From: an uncultured archaeon
GTDB taxonomy: Archaea > Aenigmatarchaeota > Aenigmatarchaeia > GW2011-AR5 > JAHLMP01
Direction: 5' to 3'
Assembly: GCA_964428495.1 (NCBI GenBank)
Contig: CAYRXY010000001.1
Location: 33,473 to 97,472, forward strand
Length of the DNA: 64,000 nt
The translations under genes and the position numbers were made by a program. Numbering within the stretch: position 1 is the stretch's first letter; every line of letters begins with the position of its first letter. The notes beneath the pieces were generated by a model. The model was not told the origin of the DNA and ran no database searches. It was given only the letters and a program-made list of their open reading frames with translations. Of this stretch, positions 1-8,737 are shown in pieces.

Positions 1-72
1 TCCTCTAAATTTCTTCCAATAACAATTTGTAACATTTCTATCTAATATCAATATTTATCTAATTATTATTTA

Positions 73-669
73 TTATCTAACTGTAAAAAACAGTAAAATG
101 ATACCAGATACCAACAACAATCCCCACATTTTTTTATCCCAAATTAAAATCTTTTCTCCATCCAATGGAGGAAATGGTATTAGGTTGAATATTCCTAAGA
201 AGGCATTTAGGTATGCTGCAGAATATAATATTGGATGATTCCACAGCAGATTACTCAATATGAAAACAAAAGAAACAATAAAATTAGCTACTGGCCCGGC
301 GGCTGCTATAATTCCAGACTCTTTTCTCGTCAATGTTTTTATCCGCCCCCATAGATCTATTCTTGGGTGTATTACAACAGCTCCTGGTGCAGCGAAGAGA
401 AATCCAAATAATGATGTAAGTAATGATATTAACAAGCCTGTTTTCCACATTCTATATTCCGCATAACAACCAAACCTTCTCGCAGTAAACCTATGTGCTA
501 GTTCGTGTAGAATAAATCCAATTGATACAGCTATTGTGGAATATAAGAATCCTATCAGGAGGGATGCTGGATGTAATAAGGAAGATATTCCACCATTTGA
601 AGCTATGGCAAATGCTATTGCTATTATAAGTGCAGAGATTGTAAGCTCTCTTATTTCTTCAGGCTCCAT
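73..669 (-). CDS. Site-2-protease family (peptidase M50) intramembrane zinc metalloprotease
   Basis: 198-aa polytopic ORF. HExxH (LHELAHRF) sits in a hydrophobic segment, and the second S2P signature NLIPFPPLDG lies near the C-terminus. Confidence 0.8.
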   Translation of the reverse strand: MEPEEIRELTISALIIAIAFAIASNGGISSLLHPASLLIGFLYSTIAVSIGFILHELAHRFTARRFGCYAEYRMWKTGLLISLLTSLFGFLFAAPGAVVIHPRIDLWGRIKTLTRKESGIIAAAGPVANFIVSFVFILSNLLWNHPILYSAAYLNAFLGIFNLIPFPPLDGEKILIWDKKMWGLLLVSGIILLFFTVR

Positions 670-672
670 ATT

Positions 673-1617
673 TCATCTCCTCAAACCCGATAAAATATCT
701 AATTTTTTATTTAAATAAAGAAACGATATGTACCCAAGAATCATTCCATAACCAAGTGTTAATGCTCTACCAACAAAAACTATTGCAGCTGCAATAGTTT
801 TAGCTGTTCCTATTAGTGAAAATATAATAATAAAAGATGCCTCGGTTCCTCCTAAACCACCTGGTAACATGCTAGAAATTCCTATAACAATTGAAATTGA
901 AAGTAGTGCTGGAAATATTATAACATATTCAGCTCCTACCGGAGATAAAGAGCTAAATAAAACAAAGTATACCAAACCATCTAAGAACCATGTAATTACG
1001 GTTAGGATAAACGAAATGATTATTTTTTCTTTTTTTATTTTTGAATTATAAAAAGCATCCACAAACTCTTCGTTTATGTATTTTCTTATCCATTTTATTT
1101 TTGAGAATTTTCTTCCTATTTTTTCAGACCTTGCTACCAGGATTAGTAATGTTATCACTATTATAGATATGAAGATACCAACAATACTGAATTTCAAGAG
1201 CTTTGAAAATAAAACAATCCCGATTAATGTGAAAATAAGAAGAACGATCAAGTCGAGCGTTCTTTCCCATATAATAGATTGTAAGCTCTCAGACACGTTT
1301 ATTCCTTTCAAAGATTTTAGAATGAATGCCTTTATTGGTTCGCCTACCTTTCCTGGGGTCAGATTACTTATCATCATACCAGCTAGTTGAATAGGGATCA
1401 ATTCCTTAATCGAGATATTGTCTATAAGAACCCACCATTTAAGAACTCTAAATAGTGTTGCTATATTTGCTAATAGAAAGGCTATAAAAATAGCTTCTGT
1501 ATGAATTTTTTTTATTTCTATGATAAGTTTTGATGGATTCACGTAAAGAATGAGCTCTATGAGTATCAATAAGCTGATTAAACTAAGTATAAGTTTTCCT
1601 ATATTTTCTCTTTTCAT
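673..1617 (-). CDS. Polytopic membrane protein, flippase-like / lysyl-PG-synthase TM-domain family (UPF0104-like)
   Basis: 314-aa ORF with about 8 TM segments and a C-terminal PGGLGGTEA motif as I recall for this family. Family-level call from memory only. Confidence 0.5.
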   Translation of the reverse strand: MKRENIGKLILSLISLLILIELILYVNPSKLIIEIKKIHTEAIFIAFLLANIATLFRVLKWWVLIDNISIKELIPIQLAGMMISNLTPGKVGEPIKAFILKSLKGINVSESLQSIIWERTLDLIVLLIFTLIGIVLFSKLLKFSIVGIFISIIVITLLILVARSEKIGRKFSKIKWIRKYINEEFVDAFYNSKIKKEKIIISFILTVITWFLDGLVYFVLFSSLSPVGAEYVIIFPALLSISIVIGISSMLPGGLGGTEASFIIIFSLIGTAKTIAAAIVFVGRALTLGYGMILGYISFLYLNKKLDILSGLRR

Positions 1618-1648
1618 AGTTTATAATTAAGGTTATAATAATTAATTT

Positions 1649-2788
1649 ATGAATCCAACGATCTCTACGATGTTCATAGTTCTGTTTACTATTACAGCAA
1701 TAGGTCTTATTATGATGACAGCTAACGAACTCCTTTCTAATTCTAGAATTGTACAATCTATAAATGAAATTAAAGAATCTATGAAGTTATTAGATTCTAA
1801 CATTCAGGAAACCTATTATGAAGGGAACGGTAGTGTAAGGAAAATTAATATTAATTTCCACGATGCATATTATACAGTTCATTCTAATGACGATACTATA
1901 GAGGCTAAGGTTTCAGGTCCAACCGTTCTAGAATATTTTTCTAGAAGAATAGAGGGAAATCTTATTACAATAAGTGGTGGTGATGTTGATTGTTATAGGG
2001 ACGGTAATTATTTGATAATGAAAAATAGTTTTCTCAAACTCAATTTTACATCGTTCGGATCAGTATCAGATCAGACATTAGTTGATACATCAAAAATTCT
2101 AAACTCTATTGAGTTTGAAGGAGAGGCTATTGATTTTGTAAATACTAGTATAATGATTAATGATGATGGATCTACAAGTGTTGGAAATGGGTATGTTGAC
2201 CTTCTTGAAACCGGTAATTCACGACCATTTTGCACCGTAGAAGCATTTGTTAATTCATCAACACCTTATAGAGTGAAATATACATTATTCTCTGGCACTG
2301 ATTTTATTTTCATAAATATAATATCTGATGGACTGAATGTTTCAGAGAGATTTGATTTTAAAAACAAGACAGGCTTTTCTGTTAAGGGTAGTTCAAAATA
2401 TCTTTCCTATGTCAGTTCATCGAAAGTTTTTTCTATTTTGCTCGACGGCTCGAACCTACTCTCGCTTGATAATTCAACATATATATCGAATGGTTATTTA
2501 ATAAACTCGTTCTTATTAAAGCAGGATATAGAAGGCAATGGTTTATTATTAATATTTACTAATTCTTCCTACACAGAATTTGAAAATAAAGTAAAATGTA
2601 TGCGATATGATAAAATACCACAAACAAGATTTGGTAAAATCTTCTTCAGCGTACCCAATGAGGCTAACTTCTATATTGTTTTGTTATACGATAACATAGA
2701 TTTAGAAAATAGCTTAAGGTGGAAGGGGGGAAGCCATGATATAATCATAATGAACGATGATGAGAGAATAAAATTAAAGATTAGCTAG
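1649..2788 (+). CDS. Hypothetical secreted or membrane-anchored protein
   Basis: 379-aa ORF with a single N-terminal hydrophobic helix (STMFIVLFTITAIGLIMM) and many N-x-S/T sequons. No family recognised. Only 31 bp from the divergent gene. Confidence 0.5.
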   Translation: MNPTISTMFIVLFTITAIGLIMMTANELLSNSRIVQSINEIKESMKLLDSNIQETYYEGNGSVRKININFHDAYYTVHSNDDTIEAKVSGPTVLEYFSRRIEGNLITISGGDVDCYRDGNYLIMKNSFLKLNFTSFGSVSDQTLVDTSKILNSIEFEGEAIDFVNTSIMINDDGSTSVGNGYVDLLETGNSRPFCTVEAFVNSSTPYRVKYTLFSGTDFIFINIISDGLNVSERFDFKNKTGFSVKGSSKYLSYVSSSKVFSILLDGSNLLSLDNSTYISNGYLINSFLLKQDIEGNGLLLIFTNSSYTEFENKVKCMRYDKIPQTRFGKIFFSVPNEANFYIVLLYDNIDLENSLRWKGGSHDIIIMNDDERIKLKIS

Positions 2789-3242
2789 GTGAGATTATAT
2801 TTATTTCATCGTAGCTTGATGGGCAATTTGCTGGGGTTATTCTTATCTTTTTTGGATAGTTATGAGAGAACGTAAAATTAAAGGTATGAACATCACCGGG
2901 TTTTAACGTGAGATTTGCTAATGTTGTGCTATCTTGTTGGCAATATGACTTGGTTGTGTCTATTGGTTCGTTATATGATGGATTATCATAGAATAGGTAA
3001 CCTCTAAAGTCTTTCAATGATGTACTACTAGGATTTTCAATTGTAAAGTATCCTACATTATCAATTATTTTTGCATTCGATAGAATTATTTGTGCACCAA
3101 AGCACATTGCCTCTGATTGATTCTGTGCGGTTCTTATTTGGGTCTTTACAAAAGAAGACGCCCACGATGCCATTATACCAGCTATAGTCATAGTTACCGC
3201 TATTAATAATACAGCCGCAATTAATGGTGATATACCCTTCAT
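2781..3242 (-). CDS. Archaeal type IV pilin-like protein (class III signal peptide)
   Basis: N-terminus MKGISPLIAAVLLIAVTMTIAGIMA has the K-G/ISP cleavage context plus hydrophobic helix of the archaeal pilin/flagellin N-terminal domain. Start trimmed to Met6 of the track ORF (3257). Confidence 0.65.
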   Translation of the reverse strand: MKGISPLIAAVLLIAVTMTIAGIMASWASSFVKTQIRTAQNQSEAMCFGAQIILSNAKIIDNVGYFTIENPSSTSLKDFRGYLFYDNPSYNEPIDTTKSYCQQDSTTLANLTLKPGDVHTFNFTFSHNYPKKIRITPANCPSSYDEINIISPS

Positions 3243-3271
3243 ATTCATAAATATCATTTTTTGAGTTTTAT

Positions 3272-4156
3272 TTAAATCTTTAGAATTAACCTCTTTAAGT
3301 CATTTGGACCTTTCACTTCAGTTTTTAGATAATTAATATCAATAATCGGTATTTCTACATTAATTTTAGTCTCTTTATTTTTTGTAATTATGAATGCAGG
3401 CTCTTCAACAAAATCTGAAAATGTTTTTAGCATATGAATTTTGTTTTCTTCTATATCAACTTCAGCAAAAGCTACAAAATTCTTTTTTATGATTATATCG
3501 AATGGAGCCTTCTCTATTCTTGAAGCCCAAAATCCGATTCTCTCAAACAACCTCGCTATTTTATCGTTTCTTTTTGGTAAGCTTTCTTCGGATTTTCTTT
3601 TAATCTCTACTTTTTGTATATTCTCACTAAGCACTTTTTCTAGTTTTTCTATTAATTCTGTAGATGCTCTGAACTCTCTTCTTTCATGATCATATATGTT
3701 TTTCTTTGTTGTACCCACAAGCTTCGCGAGTTTTATCCTTGTTAGCCCCTTTCTTTTTCTAGCATTTTTTAGTTTAATTGGATCTATAACTCCATATAAT
3801 CCTCCTCTATCTCTCTGAATTCTTGGATATTTGTAGTTTAGTATCATTTCAAATGTTTTTGGAGTCATCGTTGGAACATCAAAACGTTCATACATGATTT
3901 CATCCTTTAAAAATTCGAATCTTGTTCTATAACCAATCAAAAAGGCTTTCGCGTCGAGTACACTAGACATTATTTTCATTCCAATTGCTTGGTTCTTCTG
4001 AAACGAGTCGATATTATAAAGAATTTTTATAAACAAAAGATCTTTTTTACCCTTGGCACTTATATCAATACATAACTTATCGTAGACACATGTCTCAAAT
4101 CCATAATCATCTAGCATATTTTTTATAAATTCAACTAGACATTCTCTATTGAACAT
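3272..4156 (-). CDS. Putative HTH (XRE/Cro-type) transcriptional regulator
   Basis: 294 aa. Central helix-turn-helix LKNARKRKGLTRIKLAKLVGTTKKNIYDHE. Size and layout match the archaeal 'putative HTH-type transcriptional regulatory protein' family. Confidence 0.6.
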   Translation of the reverse strand: MFNRECLVEFIKNMLDDYGFETCVYDKLCIDISAKGKKDLLFIKILYNIDSFQKNQAIGMKIMSSVLDAKAFLIGYRTRFEFLKDEIMYERFDVPTMTPKTFEMILNYKYPRIQRDRGGLYGVIDPIKLKNARKRKGLTRIKLAKLVGTTKKNIYDHERREFRASTELIEKLEKVLSENIQKVEIKRKSEESLPKRNDKIARLFERIGFWASRIEKAPFDIIIKKNFVAFAEVDIEENKIHMLKTFSDFVEEPAFIITKNKETKINVEIPIIDINYLKTEVKGPNDLKRLILKI

Positions 4157-4195
4157 AATTATTTTAAAGCTTGCCTAAAAATTATAAATGTATCT

Positions 4196-4270
4196 GGGCC
4201 AGTAGCTTAGCCTGGTTAGAGCGCCAGTCTTATAAACTGGAGGTCGGTGGTTCAAATCCGCCCTGGCCCA
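4196..4270 (+). tRNA. tRNA-Ile (anticodon UAU)
   Basis: 75-nt cloverleaf: acceptor GGGCCAG/CTGGCCC, anticodon stem CCAGT/ACTGG, loop CTTATAA (34-36 = TAT), T-arm GGTGG-TTCAAAT-CCGCC, discriminator A. No encoded CCA. TATA-like TATTTTAAAG lies about 30 nt upstream. Confidence 0.85.
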
Positions 4271-4271
4271 T

Positions 4272-6752
4272 TTAGTATTCTTCTTTTGAAACCTTATCGA
4301 TTATCCAAGAAATTAAAATTCCTAATATAAAACCAATTATTGTTCCAGCTATCAATACTCCCCATTCGTACCAACCCAACGGCACGACTTCGAAGTACTT
4401 GTTCAACGGGGTGTATATGATAATAAGTTGAAGCATTAGAGATATTATTAAGGATATAACCAAAATTTTATTCGCAAGCCAATCCTTTAAAGAAGATAAT
4501 TTTTCGTTATATCTTATTACTCCTATTCTTACAAACTCATACATTATAAATCCTGTGAACAAGACAGTTCTAGCCTTTTCTATACCAAGAGGAAGGGCTG
4601 CTAAAAATGTGGCTATTATTACTAATGATTTCTTTATCCCTATTCCTCCTATAAGCATTGCAAGTTTTTTGTTAATTATTCCTTCATTTCTCTTTCTCGG
4701 TCTTCTTTTCATTATATCCGGTCTTGATGGATCAAAAGATAGTGCAAGTGCTGGAAGACCATCAGTTATAAGATTTATCCACAGTAATTGCACAGGGAAG
4801 AGTGAAATAAATGGTAAGAATATCGTCGCGAGTAGAACTGTTACAACTTCTGCTACATTACAGGTTAGAAGATAATCTACGAACTTTCTTATGTTATCAA
4901 AGATTCTCCTTCCTTCTTTGATAGCATTTCTTATTGTATCGAAGTGATCATCTAAGAGAATTATATCACTAGCTTCCTTAGCCACCTCAGTACCTCTTAT
5001 TCCCATTGAAATGCCTACATCAGCCTTCTTTAGAGCGAGTGAATCGTTAACACCATCACCAGTCATGGCAACAACATGATCATTTCGTTGTAAAACTTCC
5101 AATATTCTTAACTTATGGAACGGATCTATTCTTGCAAATATATTTACACCATTTTCTAAAGCCTTCAGAATCTCATAATCACTCATCTTTTTTAACTTGT
5201 TTCCTGTTATAACATCAGTTGTGTCTATTGAGACCTCATTTGCAATAGCTCTTGCTGTTTCAGGGTTATCACCTGTTAGCATAATAACTCTAATTCCTGC
5301 GCTTTTACACTCTTCGACAGCTTCTCTAGCCATTGGTCTGGGTGGATCCTCTAGGATTACAAGCCCGATAAATATTAGATTTTTCTCTAATGGTTTTTTG
5401 TATTCCTTGTAGGCTAGAGCGAGAATTCTATAGCCTTTGGACGCTAGCTCTTTGTTTTTTCTTAATATTTTCTCTCTTGTATTTAGATCCATTCTTTTTA
5501 TCTTATCATTTTCCAGATATCTTGAACATTTCTTTATGATGACTTCAGGAGCTCCTTTTGAGAAAACGAATTTTTTATCGTTTATATCATAAGCTACGGT
5601 CATCATCTTTCTTTCAGAGCTAAATGAAATTTCATCTATTCTCTTTCCTGGATATTCCTTTGCATGCTTTCTTAGAGCTATATCAGTCTCATCTCCAACC
5701 CATTCTTTTTTACCATCTTTTAGAATGAGTTTAGCATCGTTACAATAATAACAACATTTATCCGATAATTCTTTTGTTTTCTCCCCACCTTTTAAGAAAA
5801 CGAGGTCTTTAACACCCATATTTCCCTCTGTTAGTGTTCCAGTCTTATCTGTACAAATTACATCCACAGATCCTATAGATTCTGATATAGCTAGTCTACG
5901 AACAAGTGCATTTTTCTTAACCATACCTTTTGCTCCTAATGATAGTGTAGTTGTAATTACAGCAGGCAAGTCCTCCGGAATCGCAGCAACTGCAAGCGAA
6001 ACAGCGATTAGTATACTTTCTGTGAGACCAAATTTACCAACAGATATTGAAAATGTAATTAGAATTATCAATGAAGTTAGAATTACAACCTTTGTGGTAA
6101 ATTTACTCATCTGCTCTTGGAATGGCGTTTTCCCTTCTTCTATCGACTCCATATGAGATGCGATCTTTCCTATCTTTGTATTCATTCCTGTAGCTATAAC
6201 TTCAGCCTTAGCGTTTCCTGTAAATATCCTACACCCAGAGAAGATTTTATCATTAACAGATTTCTTTACAGCGCGTGATTCTCCAGTTATGATCGATTCG
6301 TCTACTTCTAATTTCCCATCTATTATTTTTGAGTCCGCTGGAACAATATCTCCACCTTCTAATACAACTACATCACCAGGTACTATCTCTGAGGCATCTA
6401 CCTCAATTTCTTTTCCATCTCTTACCACTCTAGCTTTCGGGCTTGTCATCCTTCTAAGTGCTTCAACAGCTTTTTCAGCTTTGTAATCTTGGATAAAACC
6501 TGCGACACCTGAAATAAAAACAATAATTAGGATGAGAATACCATCGAAGTAATTTTCCCCTTTGAAATGACTTATTGAGAATGATAAGATGGATGCTACT
6601 ATAAGTAAAATTATTATCGGTGATGTAAATTGTGATGTGAAAATCTTTATTGGTGATATTTTCTTCTTCCGTTCTATAATGTTTTTTCCATATATTTTCA
6701 ATCTTTTGTTGGATTCTTCAGTCGTGAGTCCAATCATCTTCTCACTTTCCAT
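4272..6752 (-). CDS. P-type cation-transporting ATPase (type II, Ca2+/cation pump-like)
   Basis: 826 aa. Phosphorylation motif CTDKTGTLT, actuator ITGES, hinge MTGDGVNDSLALKKADVGISMG, about 10 TM helices. An alternative start at Met6 (6737) would remove the 19-nt overlap with the upstream gene. Confidence 0.9.
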   Translation of the reverse strand: MESEKMIGLTTEESNKRLKIYGKNIIERKKKISPIKIFTSQFTSPIIILLIVASILSFSISHFKGENYFDGILILIIVFISGVAGFIQDYKAEKAVEALRRMTSPKARVVRDGKEIEVDASEIVPGDVVVLEGGDIVPADSKIIDGKLEVDESIITGESRAVKKSVNDKIFSGCRIFTGNAKAEVIATGMNTKIGKIASHMESIEEGKTPFQEQMSKFTTKVVILTSLIILITFSISVGKFGLTESILIAVSLAVAAIPEDLPAVITTTLSLGAKGMVKKNALVRRLAISESIGSVDVICTDKTGTLTEGNMGVKDLVFLKGGEKTKELSDKCCYYCNDAKLILKDGKKEWVGDETDIALRKHAKEYPGKRIDEISFSSERKMMTVAYDINDKKFVFSKGAPEVIIKKCSRYLENDKIKRMDLNTREKILRKNKELASKGYRILALAYKEYKKPLEKNLIFIGLVILEDPPRPMAREAVEECKSAGIRVIMLTGDNPETARAIANEVSIDTTDVITGNKLKKMSDYEILKALENGVNIFARIDPFHKLRILEVLQRNDHVVAMTGDGVNDSLALKKADVGISMGIRGTEVAKEASDIILLDDHFDTIRNAIKEGRRIFDNIRKFVDYLLTCNVAEVVTVLLATIFLPFISLFPVQLLWINLITDGLPALALSFDPSRPDIMKRRPRKRNEGIINKKLAMLIGGIGIKKSLVIIATFLAALPLGIEKARTVLFTGFIMYEFVRIGVIRYNEKLSSLKDWLANKILVISLIISLMLQLIIIYTPLNKYFEVVPLGWYEWGVLIAGTIIGFILGILISWIIDKVSKEEY

Positions 6753-7891
6753 ATAGAAATCAATTTAGCAAACGTTATCGGAACGAAAAACGTGAACAAG
6801 GCCGTTGATGCAACTATGACTGAGTATAAAGGTAGAGAAACAATACCGTTGTCCAAAAGTATCTTTATTATTACTATACTTGTACTGAATCTAGATGTTA
6901 AGCCAACACCTAATATAAATGATTTCTTAAATCCTAAAGATTTAGTACCGACTATAACACTTGCCAAAATTTTAGAGATTGCAGAAACGGCAAAGAAGAT
7001 AAGAACTACCAGTGGAAATGAGGAGAGGTATTGAGCATTTATAGAAACACCGACCCATAAGAAAAATATCGGAGCAAACAATCCATAACATACAGATCTG
7101 ATATCATTTTCTATAAGTTTTAACCTCTTCTTTGGGAGAAACGTCTTTAGACTTACACCAGCGAGTAATGCACCAAGTGCGGCGGATTCAGCATAGTGTC
7201 CTATACCGATAAAGATGAAGAGAACAAACATCGCAAAAAGAAAGAGTGTTTCTATGCGTTTGAACTTAAACTTTTCACCTTCTTTTTTAAACTTAGTAAA
7301 CCCAAATGCTAAGACAAACATGAAGAAAAGTGATACCATTACAGTTAGGGTATGTACAGTCTCATGGACTTGGGAACCAATTACTAAAGAGACTAAAATT
7401 AATGTAAATATTTCGAATGCATCGTCTAATGTCCCTATTCCAATAATCATTTGACCCAAGTTTGTGTTCACTAATTTAAACTCATCGAGTATAGGTATTA
7501 AGATCGCCTCCCCGACGGTTGCAAAGGATAGACCAACAAGGACAGAAATAAACCAAGAATAATGGAAGAGAAAGTGGATAGTAATGGCTCCAAATAAAGC
7601 TTCGAATAAAATTATTGAAAATGTCCCACCAACTATAAACATTCCTTTTTTCTTTATCTCTTTGAGATCCAATTCGAGGCCTACTATAAATAGAAGGAAA
7701 TACATTCCAACATTTGCGAGAAAGGTGAATACATCACTACTTGTCACATCTTTAAATGGATTGTATATTGAAAGTAAAAGGCCTATTAACAGTGCTGAAA
7801 AAATCCATGGAACTCTGAATTTTTCTAATAGTTTACCGAGTAGAAATGTCAGTATAAACATCAGTGATAAAAAGATGAACAAATTGATCAT
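6734..7891 (-). CDS. Cation/proton antiporter (Na+/H+ exchanger, CPA-type) membrane protein
   Basis: 385-aa ORF with about 11-12 TM helices and no soluble domain. Family-level resemblance only. Co-directional with, and overlapping, the P-type ATPase gene. Confidence 0.65.
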   Translation of the reverse strand: MINLFIFLSLMFILTFLLGKLLEKFRVPWIFSALLIGLLLSIYNPFKDVTSSDVFTFLANVGMYFLLFIVGLELDLKEIKKKGMFIVGGTFSIILFEALFGAITIHFLFHYSWFISVLVGLSFATVGEAILIPILDEFKLVNTNLGQMIIGIGTLDDAFEIFTLILVSLVIGSQVHETVHTLTVMVSLFFMFVLAFGFTKFKKEGEKFKFKRIETLFLFAMFVLFIFIGIGHYAESAALGALLAGVSLKTFLPKKRLKLIENDIRSVCYGLFAPIFFLWVGVSINAQYLSSFPLVVLIFFAVSAISKILASVIVGTKSLGFKKSFILGVGLTSRFSTSIVIIKILLDNGIVSLPLYSVIVASTALFTFFVPITFAKLISIWKVRR

Positions 7892-7947
7892 AGTTTATTT
7901 TCTTCTATTTTTTAACTTAAAGCTTATTGACGAAAGATTTAAATACT

Positions 7948-7991
7948 TTATGAATATATATTCATAATTGTTTTGAATAAAAATTCAAAAC
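7948..7991. promoter_or_regulatory. Twin palindromic operator candidates in the promoter/5' leader of the DUF5320 operon
   Basis: A 20-bp perfect palindrome TTATGAATATATATTCATAA (7948-7967) and a 9+4+9 inverted repeat GTTTTGAAT-AAAA-ATTCAAAAC (7970-7991). Both have the core TGAAT-N4-ATTCA and their centres are 23 bp apart. They lie between TATA-like TTTAAATA (7938-7945) and the SD GAGGTGAT (7992-7999). Confidence 0.55.
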
Positions 7992-8004
7992 GAGGTGATA
8001 AGTT

Positions 8005-8319
8005 ATGCCATGGAGAGATGGAACTGGACCTCTTGGGTTAGGACCTATGACTGGAAGAAGAGCCGGTTATTGTGCAGGCTATTCGATATCCAGATATATG
8101 AATCCATGGCCAAGGCGATTTGGTTTTGGTCATGGATTTGGATGGAGAAGATGGTTAGTAACACCTGCAGCTCCACAACCAGTCCAATCAACTATTAGCG
8201 AGAGGGAAGCGCTTGAACGAGAAGCAAATTTGATAAAAGATGAAATTAAAGAACTTCAAGACGAATTAGAAAGTATAGAAAAACGATTCAAAGAGCTGAA
8301 AGGTGTAACCAATGAATGA
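8005..8319 (+). CDS. DUF5320 family protein
   Basis: 104 aa. N-terminus MPWRDGTGPLGLGPMTGRRAGYCAG is the signature I recall for DUF5320. C-terminal coiled coil. SD GGTGAT lies 5 nt upstream. Confidence 0.75.
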   Translation: MPWRDGTGPLGLGPMTGRRAGYCAGYSISRYMNPWPRRFGFGHGFGWRRWLVTPAAPQPVQSTISEREALEREANLIKDEIKELQDELESIEKRFKELKGVTNE

Positions 8320-8734
8320 AAGATTCAAAGAGGCAGCAATAAAATCGGCACGGTCTTTGTATAAGGCTGTGCCGATTTTACTAGGAATTTTAATCCTAGT
8401 TAGTATAGCGAATGTTGCAATACCAAAAAACCTTTACTCCAGAGTCTTTAGTGGAAACTTTATTTTAGATCCTATTGTAGGTGCAAGTGTAGGAAGTATT
8501 TTAGCAGGAAATCCCGTAACAAGTTATGTTATTGGTGGTGAATTCTTGAAGCAAGGAGTTAGTATGGTGTCAGTTATAGCATTTTTAGTTGCGTGGGTTA
8601 CTGTTGGCCTAGTCCAATTGCCTGCTGAATCTTTAATGCTAGGAAAGAGGTTTGCAATCACACGTAATATACTGAGTTTTATCTTATCAATAATCGTTGC
8701 AGTAACTACAGTAATTTTATTATCTATGGTGTGA
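8312..8734 (+). CDS. Membrane protein, half-size permease unit (predicted-permease / ArsP-like repeat)
   Basis: 140 aa, 4 TM. Motif GNPVTSYVIGGEFLKQGVSMVSVIAFLVAW resembles the repeated unit of 'predicted permease' proteins. Overlaps the upstream stop codon. Confidence 0.45.
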   Translation: MNERFKEAAIKSARSLYKAVPILLGILILVSIANVAIPKNLYSRVFSGNFILDPIVGASVGSILAGNPVTSYVIGGEFLKQGVSMVSVIAFLVAWVTVGLVQLPAESLMLGKRFAITRNILSFILSIIVAVTTVILLSMV

Positions 8735-8737
8735 AAA

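Noticed and set aside
1-35. Possible start of a minus-strand gene (ATG at 35, MLQIVIGRNLE...) running off the left edge
   Set aside because: Only 11 codons are visible, so neither coding status nor function can be supported.
7995-8198. 67-aa alternative-frame ORF overlapping the DUF5320 gene
   Set aside because: It starts at the GTG inside the SD GGTGAT. The +1 frame (8005-8319) carries the recognisable DUF5320 signature.
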